A DNA stretch of 54,901 bases, the filler included, from Sluysia triapertura (Eukaryota): the NCBI GenBank assembly GCA_046118255.1. It is 4 parts of 4 records of this genome, joined end to end, with 100 filler letters (N's around TTAATTAATTAA, not from the genome) between each part and the next. Parts side by side here need not be neighbours in the genome. Positions count along the whole stretch, not along the records: positions 11,929 to 26,446 come from JBJNIA010256187.1; positions 26,547 to 39,758 come from JBJNIA010052887.1; 2 more parts are not named here. The stretch is one strand, 5' to 3'. Numbering within the stretch: the first letter of the stretch is position 1; each line of letters opens with the position of its first letter. Both the position numbers and the translations under genes were made by a program. The notes under the pieces are model-generated. The model saw nothing but the letters and a program-made list of their open reading frames with translations, did not search any database and was not told where the DNA came from. Shown one piece after another: positions 12,005-26,949 of this stretch.

Positions 12005-13729
12005 TTAATTACGCACTAAAAATAATATATAATGTAAACAGTTTTGAATACCATAAAATTACTGAATAGTTACTGAATTTGTATGTAACAATATGAATAC
12101 GTTAACAATACAATTAATATAAACTTGTAATGATTGTTTTTCCATAAATTATATAAATTATCTACGATTTATTATATTTTCATGGATTACTTTATTTTTA
12201 TAAATTTAGTGATTATTTCAAACAATATTTTCTGTTTGAAATATTTAAACAAAAATAAACATTTAAAGTTTATTTTTTATTTTATTCCAAGTAAATATTT
12301 AATTTAATTGTTTTCAACATTTTACTTATCTTTTATTAATTTTTATTTGTATTTATTAGCCTTAATTTTTTAATTATGCTTATAAAAAGTATTTTTTGTA
12401 GCTTCATAATTTCATCATAGTTTGAAAAAAACAATATGCACACTGTTTTCTAAGATAAGTTTCGTTAATTCCTCAAACAATGTGTTATTGATAAATAATT
12501 TTCAGATTACTGTGTATATAGCGAGTCTATTATAGAATGTGTTCTATAATACTAAAACACACGGTAATTTTATTAATGCATCATATTTCAATGCATAAAA
12601 ATATAATTTACGTACTTATAATTATTTCTATATTTTCTCATATTTATCGTACTACATTCGTTACTAAATGGCCAAAAGAATGGTGCATATTTCCATATTG
12701 TTGTAGCAATTTTGAGGAAACAGAATTCGAAGTAATTGTTTATTATATCTTATAAATAGTTTTAACTACATATTAATCTATCTATTATTTAAAAAAATAA
12801 TTGTTGAAGTAGTACTAGTACTAGTAGTTTCAATTTATATAATATTTAGTTTACAATAGATTGCTTTCATATCATATGTTATCATTCGAATCAAGTTACT
12901 GTTTATTCCGACTGTACTCCAGATAGTCATTCCGATTGTCCTGATTACCAAGATAAATTTCGTAATGCAGTTTACGAAAAAACGTTAAAAAAATGTGATT
13001 CTAATACATAAATATTTTATTAAATCAATTTATGATGTATAATATAAATGCATTTTTTAAATATGATTTTAAGTATTTCTAAATTTCCCTGCAAAATATT
13101 GATAATGATCGCTTGATTAAAAGAAATTATTATAAAGTACTTGAAGAGAACTACTATTATAGAACATTATAATTATAGAACTTCTAAGAGAAAAAAATTG
13201 ATGGATGTAATGAAAAATGATTGAATCTCGTAACCCCACAATTTTAGCTTGTTTTGGTACATTTAACTGTTGCGAATTCTTTATATTCTGTTTTATTCGA
13301 AAGTGGATAATTTTTGTATGAAATGGTGAGTGCAGTTTGAAATATAGTATGTAAATGATATAATGAAAAGTGATTCGTAATTTTATTTAATTTGACATAA
13401 TGCATAAATTAATGTGTGTCTTTAGTGGAAATCATTGTAAATTCAAAATTAATTTAGATTTTTTCTGTGGATTATTAAATTTTTTATCACTTTTATTAGT
13501 GTTATTCTCAATATTAATATATTTTATAGTTGCCATGCATTATCATTATTAGAGTTATAGATTTGAGGAGTTAAGGATCTAGAATTAGTTTTTAAATAAC
13601 TTAGGATTACTCATGTAGATATTTTATCGCCAAGGTTGTCATTCTTACAATTTGTGTTTATCGGATTTTATTTAAATTTAATTTCATTCTAAAATTTAAG
13701 GCCCTGACATAACTTCTACAGATTTTAAC

Positions 13730-14400
13730 AGAGTAATTGAATAGAATGAAAAATAACAAACATAACAATCAATTTTATAAACTAACTACAATCAGAAACA
13801 AATTTTCTGTGTAATCAGGCTTAACATGATAACATGACGATTTTCTGGAAAATGCATTCTAATAATGAAAATTCGCAAGGAATTTGAATTGTAATCATAT
13901 GTTGGTTAATTTTTAGCTGCAAAGATGTATTTATAAAGTTCTAAATCGCGACAAGTGATTGCATAATAGTATCTTAAATAATCAGATATATTAAAAAATT
14001 ATTTCTTGGCGAAATTTAATTCTATTATATTGTAGATGATCTAACATGAGATTTGGCAGGCGATAATTTAATAAGCTCACGCAGATCAATTTCATCAATT
14101 ATAGCTTTAGGTATGTTACGTTTTTTTCTTTAAAGCAACAATTATAAAACTTAAAAAATGGGTTCGTCTGTAGTCTACGATTTGCAACGTATAGATCTCG
14201 TACAGTCTTTAGCCAAATTTTCAGTAAGTCACTTTTAATCTTCAGTAAAATCTTTGAGTAGAACCACGGTTAATATTTAGCGAAATCTCCGATTAACTAT
14301 TATTCAATTCGATTTAAATTCCTCTCTTATTTTGTGTCAATTTTTTGTTAGTGTTGTATCTTTATATATTTCTGAACTTAGTCCTGATGAACTTTAGACT
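13730..14400 (+). mobile_element. Highly decayed Penelope-like relic
   Basis: FYKLTTIRNKF resembles PLE VYRKPT; SSVVYDLQ resembles the GIY-YIG start; CTGATGA at 14384. Confidence 0.3.
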
Positions 14401-14917
14401 TTAAATTAAATAATTTACTTTAATTTTAATGTTCCGGAACCTTTGCTCTTGATAAATAATTATAAATACCGACAAAATAATAACATAAATAAATAAATAA
14501 TGAAAATATAAATAAATAAATAATGGAAATTTGGGTCATAGTCCATATTTACAAAATCCGTTTAAAGTTTAAAATAAATTATTTGTAAAATTAACTAATT
14601 AATTTTATTTTTACCATTTTAATTTTATACAATTTTTTAACAAATTCATATTATTTTAAAGTTTTGTTTATGAAATTTACATATTAATTTACAAAATTTA
14701 CATATTATTATTAATCTATTTACATATAAAAGTTACATATTATTATTAAATTTATTTACATTACTTATTCTTTTTGAAACTGCGAATAATAATTAAAATT
14801 TGTTTTGAAAATTATACACTAGAATTTTATGAAATTGTTTTATTGTTTTTCTTTGTGTTACCTTATACAACTAAATAATATTAAAATAGACAGAGATTTG
14901 AACTTAGAAAATTTAAT

Positions 14918-15330
14918 CTAGTTCATTAACTTATTGCTTTTTATATTTGTTCCAGTTAAACTAATTATATTAAATAATCCAAGAGCAATATAAAAGAAAT
15001 TTTGGCATGAGATACACAAATACTTTCCTATTTGATAAATGGTTAAAGATAAGTTTTCAATTTTACCATGTAACTTAACATTTTTTGTGAAGCTAAGAAT
15101 AGTGAGTACGCCGAAAATGATCCATAGACCAATATCCATAGTAATTACAAGAAAAAACTAAAAGTTCTGGAAATATGATCGATAGGATAGAGTGGTATAC
15201 CAATGTTGATGTTACTATTTCCAATGAATAGAAATTAAGACGAGAGGATTTAATTGAACATGAAAGAGTCTGATTTACATAGTCTGTAAAATCAACAAGA
15301 GTAAAACTGTTATAAATCATGATATTAACG
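14918..15330 (-). pseudogene. DEG/ENaC channel C-terminal (TM2) fragment
   Basis: RLNFYSLEI...FPELL / DIGLWIIFGVLTILSF across a frameshift resembles DEG/ENaC IYFxxL...LLxxIGGxLGLWxGxSVLTILE. Confidence 0.5.
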
Positions 15331-18300
15331 TTGACGTGTCTACGATATAAGTTACAGCAATAATTGATAACCTTATGATGAACAATTAATTAAAAATTAT
15401 ATCAGTACTTAAGTTTAGACGATTCCTAGTAGAATATTGTATTGAAATAGCATTCTAAGTAATACTTATTCATTCTTTTTGTCCCTATCTAGATAGGTTG
15501 TGACAAAATATTTCAAGTATTATTTCACTCTTAAGACCAATTAATCGAATCATGCAGGAATCTATTTCAATTCCTAGACTGAATTTTAAGTTATTTTTGA
15601 AATGTACCAATACAGTTTTAAAATTAAACTCTATTTGATTACTCAATGTTGAAATGCGCAAACTTTTATTTCCTATTTTGTGAGGATAAGTTATTTACCC
15701 ATAATATACGACAAAAGTGATGTGAAATTCAATTCATATTAAACAAATTAAGTAGAGAAAAAGAACATAATCTAAACTGCTTGAAATGGCCGGGGATGTT
15801 TGAGGAGTTTAGTTTAAAAAGTTACGCTTTCGAAAATAAGATTATAAAATATGGGCTTAAGGCTCCTTCTAAATTTAAAGTGTTTACTCGGATAAGAATA
15901 ATTACTATTATTACTAATTAAATTTCGAAAGTTCAATTTATTAAAAATCGGCTTAAGGCCTTTTACCAAAATAAAACAAAGTCCAAAGCATAACTCAAAT
16001 AAAATTCACCATGAAATTTAAAATAAAACTTCATTTCATATTTGAAATAATATAAACGTGTACTTGTTGTTAATTATGTTGATTTCTAAAGCTTATAATT
16101 CTTTTCTTGTGGCCCTTGATGTAAAAAAGGGATAAGTGTATGCCTTTTGTAGGAAAACAAGATCAAAAATCAAAAAAATGGAACACAAAGTTTGAGTGTT
16201 GTTCAAAGTGATGTTAACGCGAATGAGGGTGGCGATATCGGCGAACTAATCGTGATGCTAGTACGATCAATTGTCATAGTTTTTACATATTAATAATTAT
16301 ATTTAGATTTTATAGTCTGTAAAACGATGTAGTGGAGTTGTTTATGAAATATATTTCGGTGAATTTGATGTTAATTTATGAATATGTGGACACAACACTG
16401 CTTACTAAAACGTTGTATGGCGATACTAAAATTTTGACGAGAAATCTCAATTACTATGCATATGATTTGTCGCTGTTGATTAGTATGATTATAACACATG
16501 ATTCATTATCAGATAAATAACTAATGTACTACTCGAAATAACTAATAAATTGACTTTAATGTGTTGCATCGACATTATTTTCGCGATATTAGGTACAATA
16601 TGATTGCATGATAACACACCTTTACTATTGAATCCTTTATCAGTTTTTAGATACCAAATGTGATTGTGCAGTTTTCATTGATCAAGTAATTACTAAATAT
16701 TCCACAAATATTTTAAGACAAAATGCATTTCTGACAAAGTCTTGTTGGAAATGGTAGTTTACGTGATAATGTTGGTACTTTTAATAAGTCTCTTTGATTA
16801 CTAGAACTTCATTCCAAATAAATACTGTTTGTGCTAATATAATTTATCCATTAAAATAAAAAAGTAAAGTAAATAAGGTATTACTAAAATTTAGATAGTG
16901 TATAATAAAAATCCAAAATTTAGCAATTAAAACGTCGAATTTATTATTTATTCTAATTATTTAAAACAAATAAGAAATAAACGATAATTTCGTATTGATT
17001 TTTAATCCCATGAAATATAAACTGAGCCAAATTCAAGGACTAAAATTAATTCAATTATCATTATACTTCTTATCCTTAATAATAATATTATTATTATTAT
17101 AAGTATCAAAATCAAAGTAGACAGTAATGTAATTATTTTAATTATTATTTTATGAAATTTAGCACATATTTTAATTTTTAAAACAAATAAACTGTAGTTA
17201 TAAATAATTCAGTTATTTCATTTTTATCATAATTATTGTAGATAATATAATTATTATAATTGATGTAAATAAAATTATCTTTTTATAATTATAATTATAA
17301 TTGCTGTTTCAAATCGAAAAAAATCGTTTATTTTGAATAAAAACAAATAATTATTACAATATTGGAACTTATGAAAGGATCAGTATAAAATCGAAAAATT
17401 CACAGATGATTTTTTAAACCACACTATAATTTTGGACTGCACAATAGTTTAATAGTTTTGGATAAGTTCGAATAGAAACATTTATCCAGAGTTTTCGAGA
17501 AATAATATTGCAATGCATTAATCTTCGCTGAAATTTGCTTTTTTATGTTCCATAAAATATGTAAGTTTATTTTGTTAAGGATTTCCCTTATTTAAAGTAA
17601 GGATTTAAATACACCATAAACCATTATTTGTTTTCTGCTATTTTAAAGGTAAAGTATAAATTGTCGCTGTCAAATAATAAGAGAAATCTTAATATTTATA
17701 TAATTTATTAATTATTCGTTTGTATTATACATTTATATTTTATATATACTAGTAGTAATAAATCACTTGTTAATTATTTTATTATATTTGCAGAAAATTG
17801 AGTAACCAAGTCAAAAGTACTCGTAAGTGTAAGTTGGTCTATGACTTTGTCCATCTTTATAATCTTCAGCTAAGTTTGTTTCTATTAAAATAGAAATTCT
17901 ACAGGTGTATCTCTTCTCAGGAAGTATAAAGCGTTTACGACAGGTGAACCCTTCGAAAAACAAAACACTTCATAAAGTGAGAAAAATAGCTAGATAAGTA
18001 ACTTCTGCGATAAGCTCAAAACGAATCCATAGACAAACATCAACACATGTCTCACAAACAAAATCTTAAACAAACTTTAACGCAATCTAACATAAAAATA
18101 TCAAATCACAAATAACATAGATGACATACAATCTAACAGATCTATCATAAATAAATATCCAAAATAAATTATCAAATCAACAAATAATATACATAAACAA
18201 AAACAATCTTCACACAATAAAACAACTCAAATCCAACATATCTTTATCAATAACAGTTATAATAATGATAACAATAACTGACACACACGTAACTAAAATT

Positions 18301-21300
18301 TAATTTTATCGCTAAAATTACTATTGTTGTTAATTTTATTGTCATTGTTTTTTTATTCTCTATATTTGTTATTATATTTGTATTATCGTGATTCTTGTTT
18401 CCTTGTTCTCTATCACTATCATCGCCATCTCAAAATAACTTCGCTTAGCTCTCTCCTCACCTGACACATGAACAATTGGATTATAATAGATCAAAATGTA
18501 AAGAATCACCTACATCTATTATTAACAAATATATATTATACGATTTAAATATGCCAATCTTCAACTGTTACTTCATTCAATTTTTTAGATTCGTTATTTA
18601 ATTATTTTATAAAGTTCTTTGTTTTTAATGACAGTTTATAAGTTTTAAATTATTACAATTCATTATTTATATCATTGTATATAAAGTGATAAAAAGTCAA
18701 TAACTTTATATATGTCACAAGTTGTAATGTTTCCTCTGATATGGCAAGGAATTTTAGAAATTTATTAAGCTTTCTCTCATTTAATTACACAAATTTCATT
18801 CACGCCAGTCCGAGCTGGAAATCACAGTTACATAAAATAATTAAGACAAAACCTAGATAACTTAATTAATAATATATTTATGATCATATTTTGATAAAAT
18901 ATAAAATTAAAAGAAAATTTTTTAATTATTTTTTTAATTAATTATGTATTTCTCTTGATTTCATTTTTTAATGGAAACTAATTTTTTTAATATTACTAAT
19001 TATTATCTACTTACTTTTGTGGGTAAATAATGATTGGTAATATTTAATAAACGGAACAAAATAAAAATGGTTATTATTAACAATTATTTTTATTTTATTA
19101 TTTTCACTGTATTATTATTATTACTTGTTACCTTTTGTTGCTTAATAATTATGAAATAATAATACTGATTTAAAAATAAATAACGATAGGCAAATTAAAA
19201 AAATGTTAATTTAACATATTCTGTTTATGGATAGTTACGTTCAAGTATTTTAAAGGAATATTTTCATATGCTATTATTTTATAAGGCTGTTAAGTCAGTT
19301 TGTATATCATTTCTATTGTCCATTACTTATTTTTATTTTGATATAACTGCACGGCATATTTATGAATATCTATTTACGGATAGAGGTGTTTTATTATTCG
19401 ATGTGTTTCGTATTTATTTGGTTATTTTTTTACTTATTCCACATTAAAAAAACAAATCCAATTTATACGTTAGTATTCTTTTATTATAATTTTAAATATT
19501 AGTTTTATTACTTCATCCGGTCTAAATTATTTCAATTCAATTTTAAATGTTGATTTTATTATTATATTACAAATATTTATTTATTCCAATTAAAATTATT
19601 ATCAAACATTGTTATTGCAATCATTTTTATAATACGCCATTTCTCTGCCATTTATTATAATATTGAAACTAGAAATATTATGAACACTAATTTAAGTCAA
19701 TTTTATTACATGCATTCGGAAAATTATATTGAAGTAATATTTTTCTCTATTTGATTACTTTTGAAATTTTTTAATTTTTAAACTTTAATAAATACACCAA
19801 GTCTCAGTCTTGAGTTTTGGAGTACACGTTGCTAATATTTCTTCGTTTTAGCTGCTTTAGTTAAAAATAATTTTTGAGTATTTAGACGATCATTTTGGAC
19901 ACTTATTTTTTTCTTTGATATTTATTCTGCATATGATGCTTATAACTAGCGCCGAGTTTTGGAAAAACGGAGTTCTTAGAAATGAATTTTAGTTTTCTAT
20001 ATATTATTTGTTCTTTTATCGTTATCCTCGATTGCGATTGGTGGATTAAATGTTGTTTACATAATCATTATAAATGTAATTTTGTATATATTAATGATCG
20101 TCAGTGTTGCCTATACTGGTCTGTCTAATACAAATATTTTCGATTTAATTAAATATTCGAATGATGTATAAACAATATTTAATATTTCGAATATTTTCTA
20201 TATGATTATTTTTAATATAATTTTATCAAACAGTGCTGGAATTAAATATAATGAAGTTGAACTTAAATTATTATTTTTTAGTGTTGGGTGATTTTTAGAT
20301 ACAAAGAGTCAAAATTTCTATTATTATTAATGTTAACACGAGCACTGCTACAACCAATATTTATCTTGAAAAGACTGTACTACTTGTTAATTGTTTATTG
20401 TTCCAGAGTTTCGTTAGATTGGTATCTTTTGTTTTTGTGCCTTCTTTAAAGGGTTAAATGATCCTTTAAAATTAGTACCATTAGTTTTTCCAGGCCTTAA
20501 GCCCAATTTAAATTATTTAAAATTAAAAGGAAACTATTGAGTTTAAACATAAAAATGAAACCAAGATTTACAAATAGGAGCAACAAAATAATATTCATAT
20601 ATCAAGATATCTCTCAAAACTTCATGAAGAATTTTATAAAAATTAAGTAAATATAAAAAATCCGAAATTATTATTATTATTATTATTAGCAGTAGTAGTA
20701 GTAGTAAACAATGATGATAAGAATGATAAAGATCTTAGGAAAAATCTTTTTTAAAATATAATTGATTATAACTAACTAACGATAGTTAGTTAATGTAAAT
20801 TTAATTATTATTATTATTAATCATATTTGCCCATTCTATTTTGTATTTAAAAAATAAAAGAATTTTTCTTTATAATTTCTGATCTATAAATTACATAGTT
20901 GTAAAATCGATTAAAATCATACATTTTAAGAGTTTTCAAGGGACTAGAATTTAATTCTAGCAGGTAAATTCCTATTTTTGATCCCATATAAAGGAAGCCT
21001 GCGAAAAATATATAATTAAATTTGATTCATTTAATTTTAAAATTTAAATTACAGAGATTTTCTAAAATAGCAAGAATATTCACCTCCAGATAAATAGGAT
21101 TTCATTAACTTATTTTCTTTTGAATTATCTTATAAAAATCTAACGGCTGACCCTAACAGGTAAGCTCAGTAAGTTGGTGGACTCACATCTTTAACTTATT
21201 TTATTCTATCAACTTCACTTACCTTTATATATGAATAGTTCAGACAATTTTTTTGAATATGCTGGGTGTTTTAATAATACAAGAACTTAACTAGCTGCAA

Positions 21301-21579
21301 AATAAATTATTAATATTATTCCAGTCCGACTTACTAATGGTGTACCTGTAAAAAATTACGTGAAAACAATCATTAAGATTAATCGTATAAAAAATACTCG
21401 TCACCTTAACTTAATAGACGAAATAATAGACAAAATCGTCGGTTATGTCGACTGATACTAAATAGCTTAAAAATAATCACGACCAACTCTGGCGTATGTA
21501 ATATTTAATATATAATTGAGTCAGTTATATAAGTCGATCCAGATGGATCGTATAGTTGCTCGGAACTGATTTCGAATAG

Positions 21580-22143
21580 CGACTGGAAAGTGTTTCGAGC
21601 ATTCACATCATCAGTAACCTTTGAATGGTCTCTTAGTTTGGTGTTTGGTTATATAGTTTGATTCTATCACATTATGTTTCGGCATTTAGTCTATTACCAT
21701 TTTGTTGAACGATTATTATCTGAGATTTGGCGTACAAATAAATGTCGTAACATGAAGTAGCACACCAACAATCGCCTAATAAACAAAGCAAATGTGCTAG
21801 GTGGACGAACGAGAACTTTTGTTCAAAATCTATTATATTACTTTATTACTGAAGTTATTGAACCATCTTGGATTTACTTAGAAAACAAATATATCAAGCT
21901 TCTAATATTGATGCAGTTTTCGATGCACATAAGGAATACTTAAATTATTGTTTTCTTAATTGTAATTTAACATCATCCAATCATTTTCGGAGCTCGGAAT
22001 CATTTCTTGGAATGCGTGTGAAATTTTCTGACGAATTCGAAAATAAACTAAGCGCTAGTTTGTTTTTGGCACAAGATCAATTATTTATTACAAAATATGA
22101 AAAGTTCATTGATGAAAAAGATAAAAGATTAATAATTAATTAA
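21580..22143 (+). pseudogene. TUBGCP2: Gamma-tubulin complex component 2 (Spc97/98 family) C-terminal fragment
   Basis: EWSLSLV..Y.IMFRHL.Y.HFVERLL..IW / FVQNLLYYFITEVIEPSW / ASNIDAVFDAHKEYLNYCFLNCNLT; in-frame stops and a frameshift near 21870. Confidence 0.8.
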
Positions 22144-22228
22144 ATAATTAATATAAAATAATGCAATCTATCAGAAAAGATAAGAAACATTCTAAAAACT
22201 TAAATAAATTAACAACAACAACAGCAAC

Positions 22229-22290
<62 letters not shown>
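22229..22290. repeat. (AAT)n microsatellite
   Basis: Direct. Confidence 0.95.
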
Positions 22291-22291
<1 letters not shown>

Positions 22292-22497
22292 TTAAATAAT
22301 TTAATAATTATAAAATTTTAAATTCTTATTTGACGTCATCGTAAAAAGTTGCCAGATTTCACTCATATTTCAGAATAACCGAAATTAGTAGTCGACACAA
22401 ATTCAAATACAATTAAGTAGTTCACGAAATTTTAAGTATAACAATTTCAAACGTAATTCAAGTTTCCTAGCGCAAATCAATTTAGTGTGACGAAATA

Positions 22498-23355
22498 ATG
22501 TTAGACTCTTTAATAGTAAAAGTCGATGAAGTGCTTAATGATACTGGTAATCGAACTACCAAGCTAGCGAAGAAATGCTAGAAGTAGAAAAGAAATATAA
22601 TTTAAAAAGACGACCGTTAATTCAACAACTTGCAGCTTTAATAATATCTATCCCAAATTGCTGAATTAATGCTCCTTTTAACTGTAACGGCTAATCAATT
22701 TAATCTATCATAAACATGAGTATCTATTACAATTTTTATTTAGCATCGATGTGGAAAAATCTTATGATGATATCAAATTAGTTCTTAAATCAAATTTAAC
22801 ATTTACAATGAATGATCAATTTTCTAATACTATAATGACCAAATCTATACCTGTCAACGAGCCAATTTATAGAGTCGATTTTAGTATGCCAGAATTTGAG
22901 AAGAAATATGTTTTAAAGCGACAACTATTACGTAAGCAATGTACTAACTTAATAAAATCTACTTTAAGCTTATGTACCAATGCTCATGGTAATCATCCGC
23001 ACTCGATGAGTGTAATAACTCAACACTACTAACCTTTGCTACATCATTTAGTTAGCTTCGATGAATTTGATAATAGTAAATCAGAGTTAAAGCACCTTGT
23101 TATGCAGTGAAAATGGAAGATTAACTTAAGTATGCCAAGATCATGAATGCGTCAGTCAATAAAGCTAGTTCTTGTAACAATAAATTCAGTATTAGTTCTA
23201 TTAGTTTCATGCAACGTTTTACATCAGATGTTTCTAATCCTATGGTTACGTTAGACGAAGATATCAAAGATGATTCATGGCCTAATCCATTACAAAATCA
23301 TACGGTTCCAGAAGGTGATGAAAAACATTTTATGTTCCTGAATGATCGCCTTTAA
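22498..23355 (+). pseudogene. SET: SET/TSPY-like (NAP family) histone chaperone, two tandem partial domains
   Basis: LEVEKKYNLKRRPL...IPN, then a second EFEKKYVLKR...NHP; C-terminal IKDDSWPNPLQ (SET: IKDDIWPNPLQ); stops and frameshifts. Confidence 0.75.
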
Positions 23356-23487
23356 CCCTTTGAGTGCCAACATGATTTTTAGAGAATTATCTAAAAGTGA
23401 AAGGATGCTACACAAAAATGAAAATTAAAAAAATAATTTTTTTTCGGGTACCGAGGAGCGCGATCGCGCTTGTTGGCACTCAAAGGG
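23356..23487. mobile_element. 132-bp piggyBac-type MITE
   Basis: Perfect 17-bp TIR CCCTTTGAGTGCCAACA, TTAA on both sides (23352-23355, 23488-23491). Confidence 0.93.
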
Positions 23488-24592
23488 TTAATATCTTTTA
23501 AATCTCTATTATCACTTATCTTTGTCTTGAATTCTTTCTCCTATGTCATAACAATTCTATTATATGCGTTTCGAATGTTTATTTTAAATTGTGCTTAAAA
23601 GAAAGTAATATAATTGTTTTTAATGTAAAATTTTTTTATAAATATAATACAAATATTTTCGCTCCAAAGTATTAAATTAATTTTTGTGAAACGTAAATGA
23701 AATAAGTAAAACAATTTTTTCCAGTACGTTATCTACGGAAACTGTATACAAATGCATAATACTGTAACGTAGAATAATAATTGAAAAAATATTTACTATT
23801 TCTTGGGTATTATAAAAAAGAAGTGTGATCAAAATCAACATATCGTTCTAATGAACTGACATATTAAGTTATTTTAAAAATCATGAGTAGAAGCTTTTCA
23901 TTATTTTAAGTATACAATGATACTAAATAGCAACTTTAAATACTTTGTAGGTCAAATTCATTCAACTATCTAATATCAAATAAAATATATTTATAATATT
24001 TTATACTAAAAGCATTTAAATTTTAACTAAATAAAAAATTCTAAAATGCCAGAAAAAAAACGAAATGAAATCATAAGTAGCATATTCACTAATTACTCAA
24101 GTTTTAAGTTTGAACAATTTATCATCTTTTAAATTGATACTAATTAATGACGTCATCTTTGATTATGGGTAATCGACATAATTTTCTATAGTTATATGAT
24201 GGTATGTACAATATTATTTCATTTATGTAATTATTTCTGTTCATTTATACAAGATTTATTTATCGATAGAATAAAATTGATTATAGATTTTATTTTTATG
24301 AATTAGATAAAAGAATTATTTCAATTATGTAGATTGCATTATTTATATTAATTGTAGTAACTTCAAATTGTTGACAGAAATCATTTATTTTCATTTTAAG
24401 TAATGTAAGATTTTTATGACAAATTAACAGTTTAATTAACTAAGGATAGTTGTTTAAGTCTATGATTTAACTTATACTTAGTTATTAATTTTGTTAGATT
24501 GGCATCACAAAACGGTAGTAATAATAACGATAAATTTAAAAAGTAATAATACATAATTTGGTACTTAAATTTGTAAGTAAATATGAGAAATA

Positions 24593-25075
24593 TAGTGGCC
24601 AACCTTGACAACCACTAAAATTTTATTAAAAACTAATATCTTTTTTCTCTTTTCATTATACTTTAACAATCATACATCTATCTCTTACATACTTTTTAAA
24701 ATCAATCTATGTCCACAATTCCACAACATCCAAATCACATTTACACCAACATTACCAAATTACATTAACTAATCCATCAAAAACATGTACTCGATATCCA
24801 CAATAATCCAACAACAAACACATTCGAGATAATCCACTTAATACTTTCGAACCCTTTATTTTACATTACACTTTAACAATTAATACTTAATATTTAACAA
24901 TATTCATTTAATAGTTTATTTGCTTAAACTAAATCACAATCACAAACTTAAAACACATAAACCACAATTACATTTATTACCATTTGACAACACCAGCAAA
25001 TCTACTTGAAACATATAAAATACCTACTTCACATCTTCGAATCAATTACAACGTTTTAAATTCACTATTCATTAA
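24593..25075 (-). repeat. G+T-skewed cassette, copy D (3' part)
   Basis: Reverse complement aligns colinearly with 2595-3039. Confidence 0.85.
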
Positions 25076-25439
25076 TTATATGCTTAATTATATGTTATAG
25101 TAATTAATTATATGCTTAAGTTAAATTAAGTTTAGTAATAGAGTTTATGCATAAAGTTAAAATTAAAGAATTTTCAAGTTTAATAGAAAAGTTTGTGTTA
25201 ATTGTTTGTGAATTTTCAAATTAAACAATTATTTATGCCATATTTAATTAAAAATGTAAACTTCACCATATTTGCAAACCAAATAAATACTTTGTTTAAA
25301 TTAAATTGTATTAAATATTTTGTAATTAACATCAATAATTTGTTTAAATTATATAATTAACATAATTCTGTACAAATTATAAAACATAAATTACATTTTC
25401 CAATAGTTGGTTTCTTTAAATCCCAACGTAATTGTTGCT

Positions 25440-25665
25440 CAGCTAGAAGTTTCCTGTAATTATTTAAACCCACAAATCATTGACGGAGAATGTACTATCT
25501 TGCTGGATTCCTAGTAATTAGTGCATAAATTTCAGTATTTAATAGTTTGTTTCAATACGATCCGCAACACAAATGTTGATTAGTTGGAAGTGTCCTGTAA
25601 TCATTTAAATCCAAAATTCACTGTCAGATAATTTACTATCTTTCTAGATCCTTAATATTTAGTCG
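25440..25665. repeat. Diverged tandem duplication, period about 141 bp
   Basis: GAAGTtTCCTGTAATtATTTAAA...TACTATCTT near 25446 and 25587. Confidence 0.75.
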
Positions 25666-25979
25666 TTAATTTGTTATTATTACGTCACAACTATTTTAGT
25701 AGGTAGTTAAATTTTACTTAAAATCAGTGCATAAATTTTTTTAACTGACCTTTTACTTGGTGTAGAGATGGGGCTTCGGTACAGTTTTATAGAGGACCGT
25801 ATTTTATTTTGATTAAAAGAAAACTTATTTATTGCGATGTTATTCGATAACAATTCAATGTATTTTGGTACTTTGGTATATCTTACTGCGTTTAGCGTTA
25901 TTTCGTATATTTTATGATTTAAAGGTAAATTAATATAACAACATGGTTTATCTAATACATTTATTAAAATTTTGCAATT

Positions 25980-26446
25980 TAACATATAACATAAACGACC
26001 ATTAGCCTTCGCTTTCGACTGTGCTTCTGTCGCCACAGATCTGGGCCTGTTAGAGACTGACCTAAGAGTAAAACAATAAATAACATAAAATGTAGTATAA
26101 TCGAAATCGATGATAATGTTACATAACATAAATTCATTACTTGGTAAGTGGCTGGCTTCTCCGTGATCGCAACTCTGATCGTGGTTTCCAAAGTATAGTG
26201 GTATTGCTAAGTCATATACGCTGTTGACTGTATCCTGTTCTCTATTGATCACGATGTTCATGTTCTGTCTGGAACTACTTGCATGAACTACATTGTGTAC
26301 AATTCTAAATAACTGATACACATCTTGCCTGGAACTATTTACATTAATCATGTTCTGTTTAAATCTAAACGACTGGTACACATCTTGCCTGGAAACATCT
26401 TGCCTGGAACTATTTACATTAATCGCGTTCTGTTTAAATCTAAATG
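25980..26446 (-). CDS. Fragment of an unknown gene with about 57-bp coding tandem repeats, truncated by the gap
   Basis: Repeats ACATCTTGCCTGGAACTATTTACATTAATC at 26320-26446; possible short intron ending ...ctcttag near 26062. Confidence 0.3.
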
Positions 26447-26546
26447 NNNNNNNNNNNNNNNNNNNNNNNNNNNNNNNNNNNNNNNNNNNNTTAATTAATT
26501 AANNNNNNNNNNNNNNNNNNNNNNNNNNNNNNNNNNNNNNNNNNNN
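26447..26546. other. Artificial contig linker
   Basis: N44-TTAATTAATTAA-N44. Confidence 0.98.
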
Positions 26547-26949
26547 TATAAGGTTACTAAAGGATCTCAAATGCTTATCGATATTTCAAGAATACTTAAA
26601 GGTTACTAAGGTTTTCAATGATCCAAAGGTTCTAAAGTTCAAAGGTGCCTTAATGCCTCTAAAAGTTCCTCAAGCCCATCTCAAGCTTTCATAAGGTCTC
26701 AAACCCTTACATAGGTCTTTGGAACTCAAAGGTATTCTTTAAATGTTAGGATCATTACAAATGTTTTCTTTATCATGATTCTTATTTCAACAATGTTTAT
26801 AATGCTCAATCCATCAATTTGTATAAGTTCTTCTTTGATTTTATAGTTCTATAAGTTTCTTACTCATTTCCTGATCTACAGTTGGGAAATCCCAACACAC
26901 GCAGTAGAAAAATTAGATGAAAATAGTCGTTTGTTTTACGACTAATACA

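Noticed and set aside
24593-25075. NUMT interpretation of the C/A-rich tracts
   Set aside because: No mitochondrial protein, rRNA or tRNA motif recognised.
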